The translations under genes were made by a program, and so were the position numbers. 64,000 bases of DNA, taken from positions 930 through 64,929 of the forward strand of contig JAXLRL010000016.1 in assembly GCA_046331125.1 (NCBI GenBank). The letters run 5' to 3'. Position 1 is the stretch's first letter, and every line of letters starts with the position of its first letter. This DNA is from Acidimicrobiia bacterium (GTDB lineage Bacteria; Actinomycetota; Acidimicrobiia; IMCC26256; DASPTH01). Positions 1-9,618 of this stretch are shown here, piece after piece. Under the pieces are notes generated by a model. The model did not search any database. It was not told where the DNA came from and worked only from the letters and a program-made list of their open reading frames with translations.

Positions 1-1286
1 TGGGCACCGCCGGTGGCGGTCTCGGTGGCGGTGCAGGTCGCGTCGAGCAGCTCGTCGCGGCCGATCACCTCCCAGGTACCGTCGACGATCGCCCATCCCT
101 TGACCGTGGCGCCGGGGTCGGGTGTGCCGTCGGCGAGGTAGGGGAGGTCGCCGGTGACGGTGACCTTCGTCGCGGCCGCGACGATCGGCGTCGTGCACTC
201 CACGTGCACCGTGAACCCGGTGGTCGAGGGACCCGACACCACCTTCTTCACCTGCAGGCTGGGCGGGCAACCGAGGCCGGCCTCTGCCGGTGTGATGGTC
301 ACCTCGCCGTTGCCACTGCGCACGCCGGTCTCGAAGCTGTCGCCGAGGCTCGACCCGCCGCCGCCACCACCGGAGTACAAGTCGTCCTGGAACTGGGTGA
401 GGTCGGCAGCGCCGCCGCCACCGCCGCCGTAGAGGCCACCGCCGCCGGCGCCCCCGACCCCCACGAAGACGGTGCGCGGGTTGGTGCCCTGGGCCGAGCC
501 GTGGGCGCCGCCGTTGCCACCGACGCCGAGCGCCCCGGCCGAGCCGTTGGCGCCGTCGGCGGTGCCCGCTGCGCCACCGGCCGAGCCGGTGCCGCCCTTG
601 CCGGCGGCGGTGTCGCCCGCTCCGTCGGTGCCGTCCTGTCCGCCGCTCCCGCCGTCGCGGCTGAAGCCGTTCCCGTTGATGGGGTTCAGGAAGAGTGACA
701 TGCCGGAGCTGCCGCCGCCGCCGGCCACGACGATGCGGTCGTCGAGGGTGCCGGCGCCGACGCGCACGTCGGACGCACCGCCGCCACCGCCGGCCGCGAC
801 GTACAGCGAGACTCCCGAACCGCTGACGATGTTCGTCGCGCCGGTGCCGCCGCCGGTGCCGCCGCCGTTGTACCCGCCGGCCCCACCGATGGCTTCGCCG
901 TTGATCCCGGCCGTCGCCTGGCCATCCGCGCCCCGGCCACCCACGATCACGATGAGCGTCTCACCGGGCACGACCCTCGTGTACTTCTGGGCGTGGCCGC
1001 CGAGCTTCGGCCCCACCGCGGCAGGGGCGAAGACGGCGGTGTCGAAGTCGAAGTTGCCGGCCTCGGCGCCGTAGGCGTCGATGGTGACCCGGCACACGTT
1101 GTCGGGCACCACGTACTCCTGCGGTGAGCCGTCGGTGCCGTCGGAGCCGTTGTAGGAGAAGGTCGTGCTGGTGGCCGCGTGGGCCGGAGCCTGCTCCACG
1201 ATCGTCAGCGCACCGAACACCAGTCCGCTCGTCGCCAACGCGCCGGCGAGTCCGGCCGCGCCGATCCGACGTCGAAATGCCTTCAT
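1..1286 (-). CDS. Secreted glycine-rich repeat protein (C-terminus runs off the window)
   Basis: ATG at 1286-1284 with a GGAGGGG RBS upstream. My translation gives MKAFRRRIGAAGLAGALATSGLVFGALTIVEQAPAHA (signal peptide), then an unbroken frame with GGxGG/GGGGG tracts, GNGEVTITP, and a CPPSLQVKKVVSG.. domain. It is missing from the ORF track only because no stop lies inside the window. Confidence 0.7.
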   Translation of the reverse strand, partial: MKAFRRRIGAAGLAGALATSGLVFGALTIVEQAPAHAATSTTFSYNGSDGTDGSPQEYVVPDNVCRVTIDAYGAEAGNFDFDTAVFAPAAVGPKLGGHAQKYTRVVPGETLIVIVGGRGADGQATAGINGEAIGGAGGYNGGGTGGGTGATNIVSGSGVSLYVAAGGGGGASDVRVGAGTLDDRIVVAGGGGSSGMSLFLNPINGNGFSRDGGSGGQDGTDGAGDTAAGKGGTGSAGGAAGTADGANGSAGALGVGGNGGAHGSAQGTNPRTVFVGVGGAGGGGLYGGGGGGAADLTQFQDDLYSGGGGGGSSLGDSFETGVRSGNGEVTITPAEAGLGCPPSLQVKKVVSGPSTTGFTVHVECTTPIVAAATKVTVTGDLPYLADGTPDPGATVKGWAIVDGTWEVIGRDELLDATCTATETATGGA

Positions 1287-1409
1287 CTGTCGCCCCTCCG
1301 CAGGTACGGGAATCCTGCAGAAACTAGTGAGCGCGGCGCCCGACTCACATCTCTTGCGCCCAAGTCGTGAAACGCGGCACGCGGCGGCCGCGTCCAGACC
1401 CGAAGCGGA

Positions 1410-2189
1410 TCAGTAGGGCGCGGCGGTCTCGTCGACGAGGAGGCTGGCGGTGCAGGTGCCGACGAAGCCGTCGACGTCGAACAGGTCGGCGCGGGCGTGG
1501 CCGATGCCGTCGTGCGAGTACCAGGCCCGCGTCGCAATGCCGGTCCACTCGCCGACGGGCGCGCGCCCCAGGGTGATGGTGAGGTCGCTGTTGATCGCCG
1601 ACCACTGCGTGAGGTCGAGGTAGTTGCCGCCGTTGGCGGTGAAGTCGGCGGCCCACGCGAGGCGGACGACGGGGGACGCGTCCTCACCCGCGACGACGGG
1701 GCGCGACGCCCGGAACCAGTTCGTGGTGGCGTTGGGGTGCTCCGACTCCCGCACCTCGACGGCGTCCATGAACCCGCACAGCCCGGTGGGCGGCGCGGTG
1801 CGTGCCTGCACCGGTCCGAGCGGCGGTGTGGTGATCACCGGGTGGCGCGGGTCGTTCGCCGCGTCGTGGGGCCCGGCGTCGACGCGCATGCGCAGCACCG
1901 TGGCGCGTGCGACCTCGAGCCCGGCGGGATCGCGGATCGTCGAGAGCACGAGTTGCAACCGCTTCCCCTCGCGCACGATCTCGGCCTCGACACCGAGCGG
2001 GCCGAGCGGCACGCGGCGGTGCATATCGACGGTGATGCGCGCCATGCGCATCGGCACCAGGGTGGGCACGCGCTCCGCCGCCCAGGTGAGCAGCGCGGCC
2101 GGGCAGCCGCCGTACTGGGCGCCCGGGTCCCACGGCCCCTGCGTGAGCATCGTGGCGATCACGCGGCCCTCGCCGTCGGGCACGAACAT
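1410..2189 (-). CDS. Thioesterase-superfamily (acyl-CoA thioesterase-like, double hot-dog) protein
   Basis: ORF 1410..2264. GPWDPGAQYGGCPAALL and the C-terminal WYSHDGIGHARADLFD resemble 4HBT_3-type thioesterases. I set the start at the internal ATG 2189 (MFVPDGEG) because 2264 would overlap the divergent start at 2254. Confidence 0.5.
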   Translation of the reverse strand: MFVPDGEGRVIATMLTQGPWDPGAQYGGCPAALLTWAAERVPTLVPMRMARITVDMHRRVPLGPLGVEAEIVREGKRLQLVLSTIRDPAGLEVARATVLRMRVDAGPHDAANDPRHPVITTPPLGPVQARTAPPTGLCGFMDAVEVRESEHPNATTNWFRASRPVVAGEDASPVVRLAWAADFTANGGNYLDLTQWSAINSDLTITLGRAPVGEWTGIATRAWYSHDGIGHARADLFDVDGFVGTCTASLLVDETAAPY

Positions 2190-2253
2190 CGCTGCGTCGG
2201 TCGTCACGTGCGCATCATTGCGCACGGCGATGGCCACGAGGCAAGACTGCCGG

Positions 2254-2874
2254 ATGGACGACAACCGCTTCCCACCGCGGTTCTTCGACCGGGCCGACCC
2301 GTCGTCGGACGCGCAGTTCTACGCGATGCCGCGGATGGTCACCCACATCGACGCGCACGCGATCGCCGAGGTGGGCGCGCTCTACGACGAGCTCGGGATC
2401 ACCGGCACGGTGCTCGACCTCATGGGCTCGTGGGTGTCGCACTTCCGCGAGGCGCCGGCCGAGCTCACCGTGCTCGGCATGAACGCGCAGGAGCTCGCCG
2501 CCAACCCGCAGGCCGCGGCCTGGCTCGTGCACGACCTCAACACCGACCCCTGCCTCCCGTTCGCCGACGCGCAGTTCGACGCCGTCGTGTGCTGCGTGTC
2601 GGTCGACTATCTCGTGCGGCCGCTCGAGGTGTTCGCCGAGGTGGCCCGCGCCAGTCGCCCGGGCGCCCCGTTCGTGTGCACCTTCTCCAACCGGTGCTTC
2701 CCCACCCGGGCGATCCGCGGCTGGATGACGACGACCGACGAGGAGCACTGCGAGATCGTCGCCTCCTACTTCCGCCTCGCCGGCGGCTGGGACGAACCGG
2801 TGATCTCCCGCCGCACCGATCCCGCACATCGTGGGGACCCGCTGTTCGCGGTCTGGGCGCGCCGGTCGGCCTGA
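2254..2874 (+). CDS. Class I SAM-dependent methyltransferase
   Basis: In-frame ATG 2254 (MDDNRFPPRFFDR) inside ORF 1624..2874. Carries VLDLMGSWVSH and DAVVCCVSVDYLVRPLEVFAEVARASRPGAPFV (motif I and post-I like). Confidence 0.7.
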   Translation: MDDNRFPPRFFDRADPSSDAQFYAMPRMVTHIDAHAIAEVGALYDELGITGTVLDLMGSWVSHFREAPAELTVLGMNAQELAANPQAAAWLVHDLNTDPCLPFADAQFDAVVCCVSVDYLVRPLEVFAEVARASRPGAPFVCTFSNRCFPTRAIRGWMTTTDEEHCEIVASYFRLAGGWDEPVISRRTDPAHRGDPLFAVWARRSA

Positions 2875-2882
2875 GCGCGAGG

Positions 2883-3422
2883 ATGGGTGCCGTGGACCAG
2901 CAGTTCGTGCCCATGGTGGCCGTGGAAGACCTGCCCGACGACCTCCGGGCGCAGTGGGAGGCCACGGAACGCCCGGGCCTGCGTGACTTCATCCGGGTGA
3001 TGGCGAACGCCCCCGAGCACTTCCGTCGCTACAACGAGGTCTACGGACAGCTCCGCTTCGACAACCACCTCGACCCCCGCCTCACCGAGCTCGTGCGCAT
3101 CGCGGTGGCGCAGACCACCCGCTGCCAGGTGTGCATGGCGGGTCGCCACCCGGGCGCGATCGAGGCCGGGCTCACCGAGGAGCTGGTCGACGAGATCGGC
3201 GAATCGGAGCGACGTGCCATGACCGAGGCGGAGTTCGCCGCAGTCACCTACGCGACCAAGCTCGCCACCGACCACCTCTCCGTGACCGACGACGACAAGG
3301 CCGAGCTGCGTCGCCACTTCGACCCGGAGCAGGTCGTCGAGCTCTCACTGCTCACCGTGATGTGCATGGTGGGGCGCTTCTCCGCCGTGCTCGGCCTCGA
3401 AGAAACATGGTGCCCGACATGA
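2883..3422 (+). CDS. Carboxymuconolactone decarboxylase (AhpD-like) family protein
   Basis: ATG 2883 (MGAVDQQF) in the frame of ORF 1497..3422. ELVRIAVAQTTRCQVCMAGRH is the CMD-family CxxC-type helix. Confidence 0.7.
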   Translation: MGAVDQQFVPMVAVEDLPDDLRAQWEATERPGLRDFIRVMANAPEHFRRYNEVYGQLRFDNHLDPRLTELVRIAVAQTTRCQVCMAGRHPGAIEAGLTEELVDEIGESERRAMTEAEFAAVTYATKLATDHLSVTDDDKAELRRHFDPEQVVELSLLTVMCMVGRFSAVLGLEETWCPT

Positions 3423-4183
3423 TCACGATCACTCCCGAAACCGCGGCGCTCGGCGCGGTGGTCGACGGCATCGACATCACCGCTGACGCCGGTCCCGAGG
3501 TCATCGCCGAACTGCGAGCCGCACTCACCCGTCACGAGGTGCTGTTCTTCCCGCGCCAACCGGTGTCGCCCGAGGCGCAGGTGCGCTTCGGGCAGCAGTT
3601 CGGCGCGCTCCAGGTGCACGTGACGCTCGACGCGCTGCCCGACCACCCCGAGGTCGTGGTGTTCGACACCGCGCGCAAGGCGACGACCGCGGAGTGGTGG
3701 CATGCCGACGTCACCTGCGCGCCCGCGCCGCCGATGGCCGCGATGCTGCAGCTCGCGGTCGTGCCGTCGAGCGGCGGCGCCACGCACTGGGCGAGCATGA
3801 CCGCGGCCTACGACGCGCTCGACGACGCCACCAAGGAGCGCATCGACGGACTGCAGGCCCGGCACGTGTCGTGGTGGCAGCCGCTGCAGGAGAGCGTGCA
3901 CCCGGTGGTGCGCGTGCACCCCGAGACCGGGCGCAAGGCACTGTTCGTCGACGGGATCTTCACCAAGGAGATCCTCGGGCTCGAGGGGCAGGAGGGCGCG
4001 GCGCTGCTCGGGCAGTTGTGCGAGCACGCCACCCGCGACGAGTTCACCGTGCGCCACGACTGGCAGGCCGGCGACATCGCCTTCTGGGACAACCGCTGCA
4101 CGCAACACCGCGTCGACAACGACTTCGGCGGAGCGCGTCGCTGCGGTCACCGCATCGCGCTGGAGGGCGACGTCCCGCGCTGA
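3407..4183 (+). CDS. TauD/TfdA-family Fe(II)/2-oxoglutarate dioxygenase
   Basis: MVPDMITITPETAALGAVVDGIDI..WHADVT..HRVDNDF, carrying the HxD...H facial triad pattern. An alternative ATG at 3419 forms an ATGA overlap with the upstream stop. Confidence 0.8.
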   Translation: MVPDMITITPETAALGAVVDGIDITADAGPEVIAELRAALTRHEVLFFPRQPVSPEAQVRFGQQFGALQVHVTLDALPDHPEVVVFDTARKATTAEWWHADVTCAPAPPMAAMLQLAVVPSSGGATHWASMTAAYDALDDATKERIDGLQARHVSWWQPLQESVHPVVRVHPETGRKALFVDGIFTKEILGLEGQEGAALLGQLCEHATRDEFTVRHDWQAGDIAFWDNRCTQHRVDNDFGGARRCGHRIALEGDVPR

Positions 4184-4190
4184 CGGGCCA

Positions 4191-4664
4191 CTAGTGCCGT
4201 CGATGTGCGTCCAGCGCGGCGCCCAGCTCGGTGGCGAGCGTCGTCGTGCAGCGGCCGACACCACGCCCGAGCACCGAGCCCTGTCGGTCGAGCGCGAGCA
4301 CGGTGATCGTCGAACGGTCCTCGATCCCGAGCGGACCCGTCACGAGTGACACGTCGCCGTAGATGGTGAACGTGCGCTGCAGGACGACCGGGTCGCGGAT
4401 CGCGGCGGCCATCCCGCCGTCGATGAACCGGCGCACCGGCGCCCAGATGCGACCGATCGTGGGGAGCTCGTAGAAGCGCAGGTCGGGATCGGTCGTGGCC
4501 TGTTCCTCGAACCACGGCACCCACGAGTCGACGAGGTCCTGGTGGTCGCGCTGGAACGCGACCACGACGATGTTGCGCGCACCGGTGAACGCATCGGGGA
4601 GTTGGACGTCGAGGCCTTCGAGGTCCCGCGCCCGCAGCGGAGGAAAGGTCTCGGCGCCGGCCAT
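4191..4664 (-). CDS. Hypothetical protein (157 aa)
   Basis: Intact ORF with coding-like composition. No motif recognised. Confidence 0.45.
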   Translation of the reverse strand: MAGAETFPPLRARDLEGLDVQLPDAFTGARNIVVVAFQRDHQDLVDSWVPWFEEQATTDPDLRFYELPTIGRIWAPVRRFIDGGMAAAIRDPVVLQRTFTIYGDVSLVTGPLGIEDRSTITVLALDRQGSVLGRGVGRCTTTLATELGAALDAHRRH

Positions 4665-4727
4665 GCGCCCAGGCTACGGATCCCTTCCTCGATTGCGTGC
4701 TCGATTGCCCCCTAATCTCGCGGTCCC

Positions 4728-4800
4728 GGGTCGCTAGCTCAACTGGCAGAGCATCGGGCTTTTAACCCGCAGGTTCAGGGTTCGAGTCCCTGGCGACCCA
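4728..4800 (+). tRNA. tRNA-Lys (anticodon UUU)
   Basis: Hand-folded cloverleaf: acceptor GGGTCGC/GCGACCC, D arm GCTC/GAGC, anticodon loop CTTTTAA, T arm CAGGG-TTCGAGT-CCCTG, discriminator A. CCA is not encoded. Confidence 0.9.
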
Positions 4801-4841
4801 CTGCGTGCACGGGCGAGGGAAGTCGGCCAGACTGCGCCCTC

Positions 4842-6035
4842 GTGGTGGCTCGGCTGCACGACCCGGACTGGTACCGCTCGCCCGACGTGCACGCGCGCCT
4901 GGCCGGATTGCGCGCCACCACGCCCGTCCAGTGGGTCGACGAACCCGACGGCCCCGGCTACTGGGCGGTGCTGCGCCACGCCGACATCGTGCACGCCTCC
5001 CGTCACCCCGAGGTGTTCTCCAGCTCGCTCGGCGGCATGATCCTCGAGGACTCGGACCCCGAGATGCTCGAGCAGTCGCGGCGGATGCTCGTGGTGATGG
5101 ACCCGCCGAAGCACTCGGCGTACCGACACCCGCTCGCGCCCCACTTCGCGGCGCGCGTCATCGCCACGATGGAACGGCAGGTGCGCGCGCTCTGCCGCAC
5201 GCTGATCGACGACGCGCTCGACCGGGGTGACGTCGAGTTCGTGCACGAGGTCGCGGGCCCGCTGCCGTCGCTCGCCATCGCCGCGATCATGGGCATCCCG
5301 GCCGAGGACACGCCGCGCATCCGACGCTGGGCGGAGCTCTCGCTCGGTGGCCAGGACGACGACGTGCTCGACGGCTACGAGGGCAACGCGTCCATCGAGA
5401 TGATCGGCTACGCGATGCAGTTCGCCGCGCAACGTCGCGGTGCACCCCGCACCGACGACATCACGTCGCTCCTGCTCGACACCACGTTCGAGGGTGGCGC
5501 GCCGATGGACGACGTCGAGTTCGGCAGCTTCTTCTTCCAACTCGTCGCCGCCGCCAACGACACCACGCGCACGCTCATCGCCTCGGGCGTCGACGAGCTC
5601 CTCGACCGGCCCGACGACCTTGCCGCGTTGCGTGCCGACCCCACCGGCATCCCGACCGCGGTCGAGGAGATGCTGCGCTACCGCAACCCGGTCCACTACA
5701 CGCGTCGTACGGCCACCACCGACACCGAGCTCGCGGGGCAGGCCATCGCCGCCGGTGACAAGGTGGTGCTCTCGTACACGTCGGCCAACCGCGACGACGA
5801 CGTCTTCGTCGACGCGCAGTCGTTCGACACGCGTCGCTCGCCGAACCCGCACCTCGGCTTCGGGGTGGCCACCCACTTCTGTCTCGGCGCCCATCTCGCC
5901 CGCCTCGAGGTGCGCGTGTTCCTCGAGGAACTGCTCGCGAACTGTGCAACGATCGAACGCACGGGCGCGCCGGTGTGGGTGCGCTCCAACCTCACCAACG
6001 GCTACCGCGCACTGCCGCTGCGGCTCGCGCGCTGA
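4842..6035 (+). CDS. Cytochrome P450
   Basis: 397-aa ORF with a GTG start. Carries EEMLRY (ExxR) and the heme loop FGVATHFCLGAHLA. Confidence 0.9.
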   Translation: MVARLHDPDWYRSPDVHARLAGLRATTPVQWVDEPDGPGYWAVLRHADIVHASRHPEVFSSSLGGMILEDSDPEMLEQSRRMLVVMDPPKHSAYRHPLAPHFAARVIATMERQVRALCRTLIDDALDRGDVEFVHEVAGPLPSLAIAAIMGIPAEDTPRIRRWAELSLGGQDDDVLDGYEGNASIEMIGYAMQFAAQRRGAPRTDDITSLLLDTTFEGGAPMDDVEFGSFFFQLVAAANDTTRTLIASGVDELLDRPDDLAALRADPTGIPTAVEEMLRYRNPVHYTRRTATTDTELAGQAIAAGDKVVLSYTSANRDDDVFVDAQSFDTRRSPNPHLGFGVATHFCLGAHLARLEVRVFLEELLANCATIERTGAPVWVRSNLTNGYRALPLRLAR

Positions 6036-6065
6036 GGCCACCGACCGACACCCAGGGGGATCCAC

Positions 6066-7104
6066 ATGCAGGCATGGCGCGTGCACGGCGTCGGCGAGCC
6101 CGCCGACGTGCTGAAGCTCGACGAGATCGCCGAGCCCACCGTCGACGACTTCGCGCACATGAGCATGGGTCTCCCCGGCTGGATCCCCGCGGGCCCCGGC
6201 CTGGAGCCGTTCACCGACTGGGTGCTCATGCGCATGAGCCACGCCGCGCTGGCGCTGCCCGACGTGACGATGGCCCGCGGCGACTACCCGGTGCCGATCG
6301 AACGGCCGTACATCACCGGGCAGGAGGGCGTCGGCGAGGTGATCGGCGCCGCGCCCGCGTGGGAGCACCTGCTCGGCAAGCGCGTCGCCGCGGTGGCGAT
6401 CCAGCCCTGGGGCAGCCTCGCGCCGGTGACCGTCGGCATCTCGATGATCTTCGAGATCCCGACCGGCATGGACGAGGAGCAGGCCGCCGGCTTCCTCATC
6501 CCCGCGCACACCGCCTACCACGCCGCGATCCGTCGTGGGCAGGTGCGCGCCGGTGAGACCGTCGTGGTGCTCGGCGCCGCCGGCGGGCTCGGTTCGGCGA
6601 TCGTGCAGCTGTGCCTGGCCCAGGGTGCGCGCGCAGATCGCGGTGGTGGCGGTGCCGACAAGGTGGCGTTCATCCACGCCTGGCGCCGAGGCGGTCGACC
6701 ACTCGCTCGGCGACTTTCCCGGCCAGGTGCGCGCACTCACCGGCGGCGCGGGCGTGAACGTGGTGATGGACCCGGTGCAGGGTCCGATGGGGGTGGAGGC
6801 GCACACCCTGCTCGCGCCCGACGGCCGGCGCGTGCTCTGCGGTCATGCGGGCGGCCTGGTGCCCCACGACCCGCACTTCTACATGTACAACACCACGCTG
6901 GTGGGTGCGACGCTCGGCAGCTACCCGCGCGACGAGATGCGCCGCATCAACCGTGAGACCCAGGACGCGCTGGTCACCTTGCTCAGCGAGGGTCGCTACC
7001 GCCCGACGGTCGAACGCGTCGTGGGCTGGGACGACGTCCCCGAAGCGTGCACCGACCTCGCGCAGCGGCGCACCACCGGACGCGTCGTGGTGCGCGTGCC
7101 ATGA
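6066..7104 (+). pseudogene. MDR-family quinone/NADPH oxidoreductase, frameshifted near 6620-6700
   Basis: The N-terminal part with VVVLGAAGGLGSAIVQLCLAQGA sits in ORF 6066..6956. The C-terminal part (GAEAVDHSLGDF...GRVVVRVP) sits in ORF 6535..7104. The total length is not a multiple of 3. Confidence 0.75.
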
Positions 7105-8330
7105 CCAAGGTGCTCGACGGCATCCGGGTGCTCGACGTCACGCAGTGGGCGTTCGTGCCCTCGGCGGGCGCGGTGCTCGCCGACTGGGGCGCGACCGTGC
7201 TCAAGGTCGAGCACCCCGAACAGGGCGACCCGATGCGCGGTCTCGTGACGTCGGGGCTCGTCCCCGGCGGCGCGGGTGGCATCAACTTCATGTGGGAGCT
7301 CCCGAACCGGGGCAAGCGCAGTGTCGGCATCGACCTCGCGCAGCCCGAGGGTCGAGAGGTGCTGTTGCGCCTCGCCGCCACGTGCGACGTGTTCCTCACG
7401 AGCTTCCTGCCGGACGCGCGGCGACGGCTCGGCATCGACGTCGACGACATCAAGGCGGTGAACCCTCGCATCGTCTACGCCCGCGGGCACGGGCAGGGTA
7501 CCGAGGGGCCGGAGGCGGAGGAGGGCGGCTACGACAGCGCGTCGTACTGGTCGCGTGGCGGCGTCGCGATGGCCACCACCCAACCGGGCGCGTCGATGCC
7601 CACCCCGATGCCCGGCGCCGCGTTCGGTGACGTCACCACCGGTATGACGCTCGCCGGCGGCATCGCCGCCGAGCTGCTGCACCGAGAGCGCACGGGGGAG
7701 GCAGTGGTCGTCGACGTGTCGCTGCTCGGCATGGCGATGTGGTCGATGTCGCCGGGCATCACCGCGAGCAAGCTCTACGGGCTCGAGGGCTCGGTCCCGA
7801 TGGGGCCGCGCCCCGAGCGTGCCGCGAGCGCGAACCCGCTCGTCAACATCTTCCGCACGAGCGACGACCGGTTCGTCAACCTCGTGTTCCTCCAGCCCGA
7901 CCGGTTCTGGGCCGAGTTCTGCGAGCTTGCGGGTCGCCCCGAGCTGGCGGCCGACCCGCGCTTCGCCGACATGCGGTCGCGCGCCGAGCACAGCATCGAG
8001 TGCCAGCAGATCCTCGACGACCTGTTCGGCTCGAAGACACTCGCGGAGTGGCGGGAGATCCTCGACCGCGGTGCGGGCGTGTGGGCGCCACTCCAGCTGC
8101 CCCACGAGCTCCACGACGACCGCCAGGCGCAGGCGAACGGCTATCTGAGCGACATCGACACCAACGGGGGCACGCTCACGGTCGTGGCCAGCCCGGTGGT
8201 CTTCGACGGCGAGCAGCCCGCGCTCGAACGCGCGCCCGACCTGGGTGAGCACACCGACGAGACCCTGCTGGAGCTCGGGTACGACTGGGACGCGCTGATT
8301 GCGCTCAAGGAGCGCGGCGCGATCTACTGA
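7101..8330 (+). CDS. Family III CoA-transferase (CaiB/BaiF-like)
   Basis: MTKVLDGIRVLDVTQWAFVPSAGAVLADWGATVLKVE. ATGA overlap with the upstream stop. Confidence 0.9.
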   Translation: MTKVLDGIRVLDVTQWAFVPSAGAVLADWGATVLKVEHPEQGDPMRGLVTSGLVPGGAGGINFMWELPNRGKRSVGIDLAQPEGREVLLRLAATCDVFLTSFLPDARRRLGIDVDDIKAVNPRIVYARGHGQGTEGPEAEEGGYDSASYWSRGGVAMATTQPGASMPTPMPGAAFGDVTTGMTLAGGIAAELLHRERTGEAVVVDVSLLGMAMWSMSPGITASKLYGLEGSVPMGPRPERAASANPLVNIFRTSDDRFVNLVFLQPDRFWAEFCELAGRPELAADPRFADMRSRAEHSIECQQILDDLFGSKTLAEWREILDRGAGVWAPLQLPHELHDDRQAQANGYLSDIDTNGGTLTVVASPVVFDGEQPALERAPDLGEHTDETLLELGYDWDALIALKERGAIY

Positions 8331-8355
8331 GGGCAGCGTCGAAGGGGGAACGACC

Positions 8356-9602
8356 ATGGAAGAGCAGGCCGGCACCACGAACGTCAACCCGCCCACGGAC
8401 ACCTACGCGCTCGAGGAGCTCTTCGACCTCTCGGCGCCGCAGCCGCGCTACCGCGCCATGCTCGAGCAGTGCCCGGCGAGGAAGATCATGGACGGCTTCG
8501 TGATCGTCCAGTCGCGCGACGCGATCGACGAGACGTTCCGTGACCCGCAGCGGTTCTCGTCGGCGTACGGCGGCGGCGTGCCGCTGGGCAACGTGCGACC
8601 GTTGATCCCGCTGTCGGTCGACCCGCCCGACCACTCGAAGTACCGCAAAGTGCTCGACCCGCTGTTCGCACCGAAGCGCATGGACGCGATCGAGGACGAC
8701 ATCGCCGCGCGCTTCAACCGGTTCCTCGACACCTTTGCCGACCGGGGGCACTGCCACTTCACCGACGAGCTCGCGGTGCCGTTCCCGTCGGCGGTGTTCC
8801 TCGGCCTCATGGGCCTGCCGTGGGAGGAGCTGCCCACGTTCCTGCGCATGAAGGACGGCATCATCCGCCCGCAGAGCGAGAGCGGCACCCCGGAGGACAA
8901 CGCGCAGGTGCAGCGCGACACCGCGCAGGACATCTACGCGTTCTTCGACGGCATCCTCGACGAGCGCCAGAAGGCGCCGACCGACGACATCCTCTCGCAC
9001 TTCCTCGCGGCCGAGATCGACGGCGAGAAGCTCACCCGCGAGGAGATCCTCGACATCTGCTTCCTGTTCCTCATCGCCGGTCTCGACACCGTCACCGACT
9101 CGCTCACCTGCTTCTTCGCGTTCCTCGCGCAGCATCCCGAGCACCAACGGGTGATCGCGAAGGATCCGGCGATCATTCCCGCCGCGGTGGAGGAGCTCCT
9201 GCGCTGGGAGAGCCCGGTCGCCGGCGTACCGCGCTTCGCGACGGTCGAGACGGAGATCGGCGGCTGCCCCGTGAACGTCGGTGACTCGATCCTGGTGAAC
9301 ATCGGTGCGGCCAACGTCGACCCCGCCGCGTTCCCCGACGGCTTCGACGTGCGCTTCGACCGTGACGTCAACCCGCACATCGTGCTTCGGCGGCGGTGTG
9401 CACCGCTGCCTCGGTTTCCTCGCCCACCTCGCACGGCGCGAGCTGCGCGCCGCCATGCGCGAGTGGGGCGACCACGCGCATCCCCAGTACTGCCTGAAGC
9501 CGGGCATCGAGTCGAGTACGCGCCGGCGCTGCGGACGGTGGAGAACCTCCAACTCGAGGAAGAGCAGGGCCCTGCACCGGTGCGGACCCCCGTCGCGACT
9601 GA
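8356..9602 (+). pseudogene. Cytochrome P450, at least 2-3 frameshifts in the last 250 nt (3' end uncertain)
   Basis: ATG 8356 after GAAGGGGGAA. EELLRWESP lies in frame 1. The heme loop FGGGVHRCLG..HLARRELRAAMREW lies in the frame of ORF 9305..9946. EYAPALRTVENLQLE is back in frame 1. The only nearby stop (TGA 9600) is in the third frame. Confidence 0.7.
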
Positions 9603-9618
9603 TCCTGCGTCTGCGGTG

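Noticed and set aside
154-1074. Proline/alanine-rich + strand ORFs (92-200 aa).
   Set aside because: They are the antisense image of GGN-rich glycine codons in the minus-strand Gly-rich gene, which has a signal peptide, an RBS and an unbroken frame.
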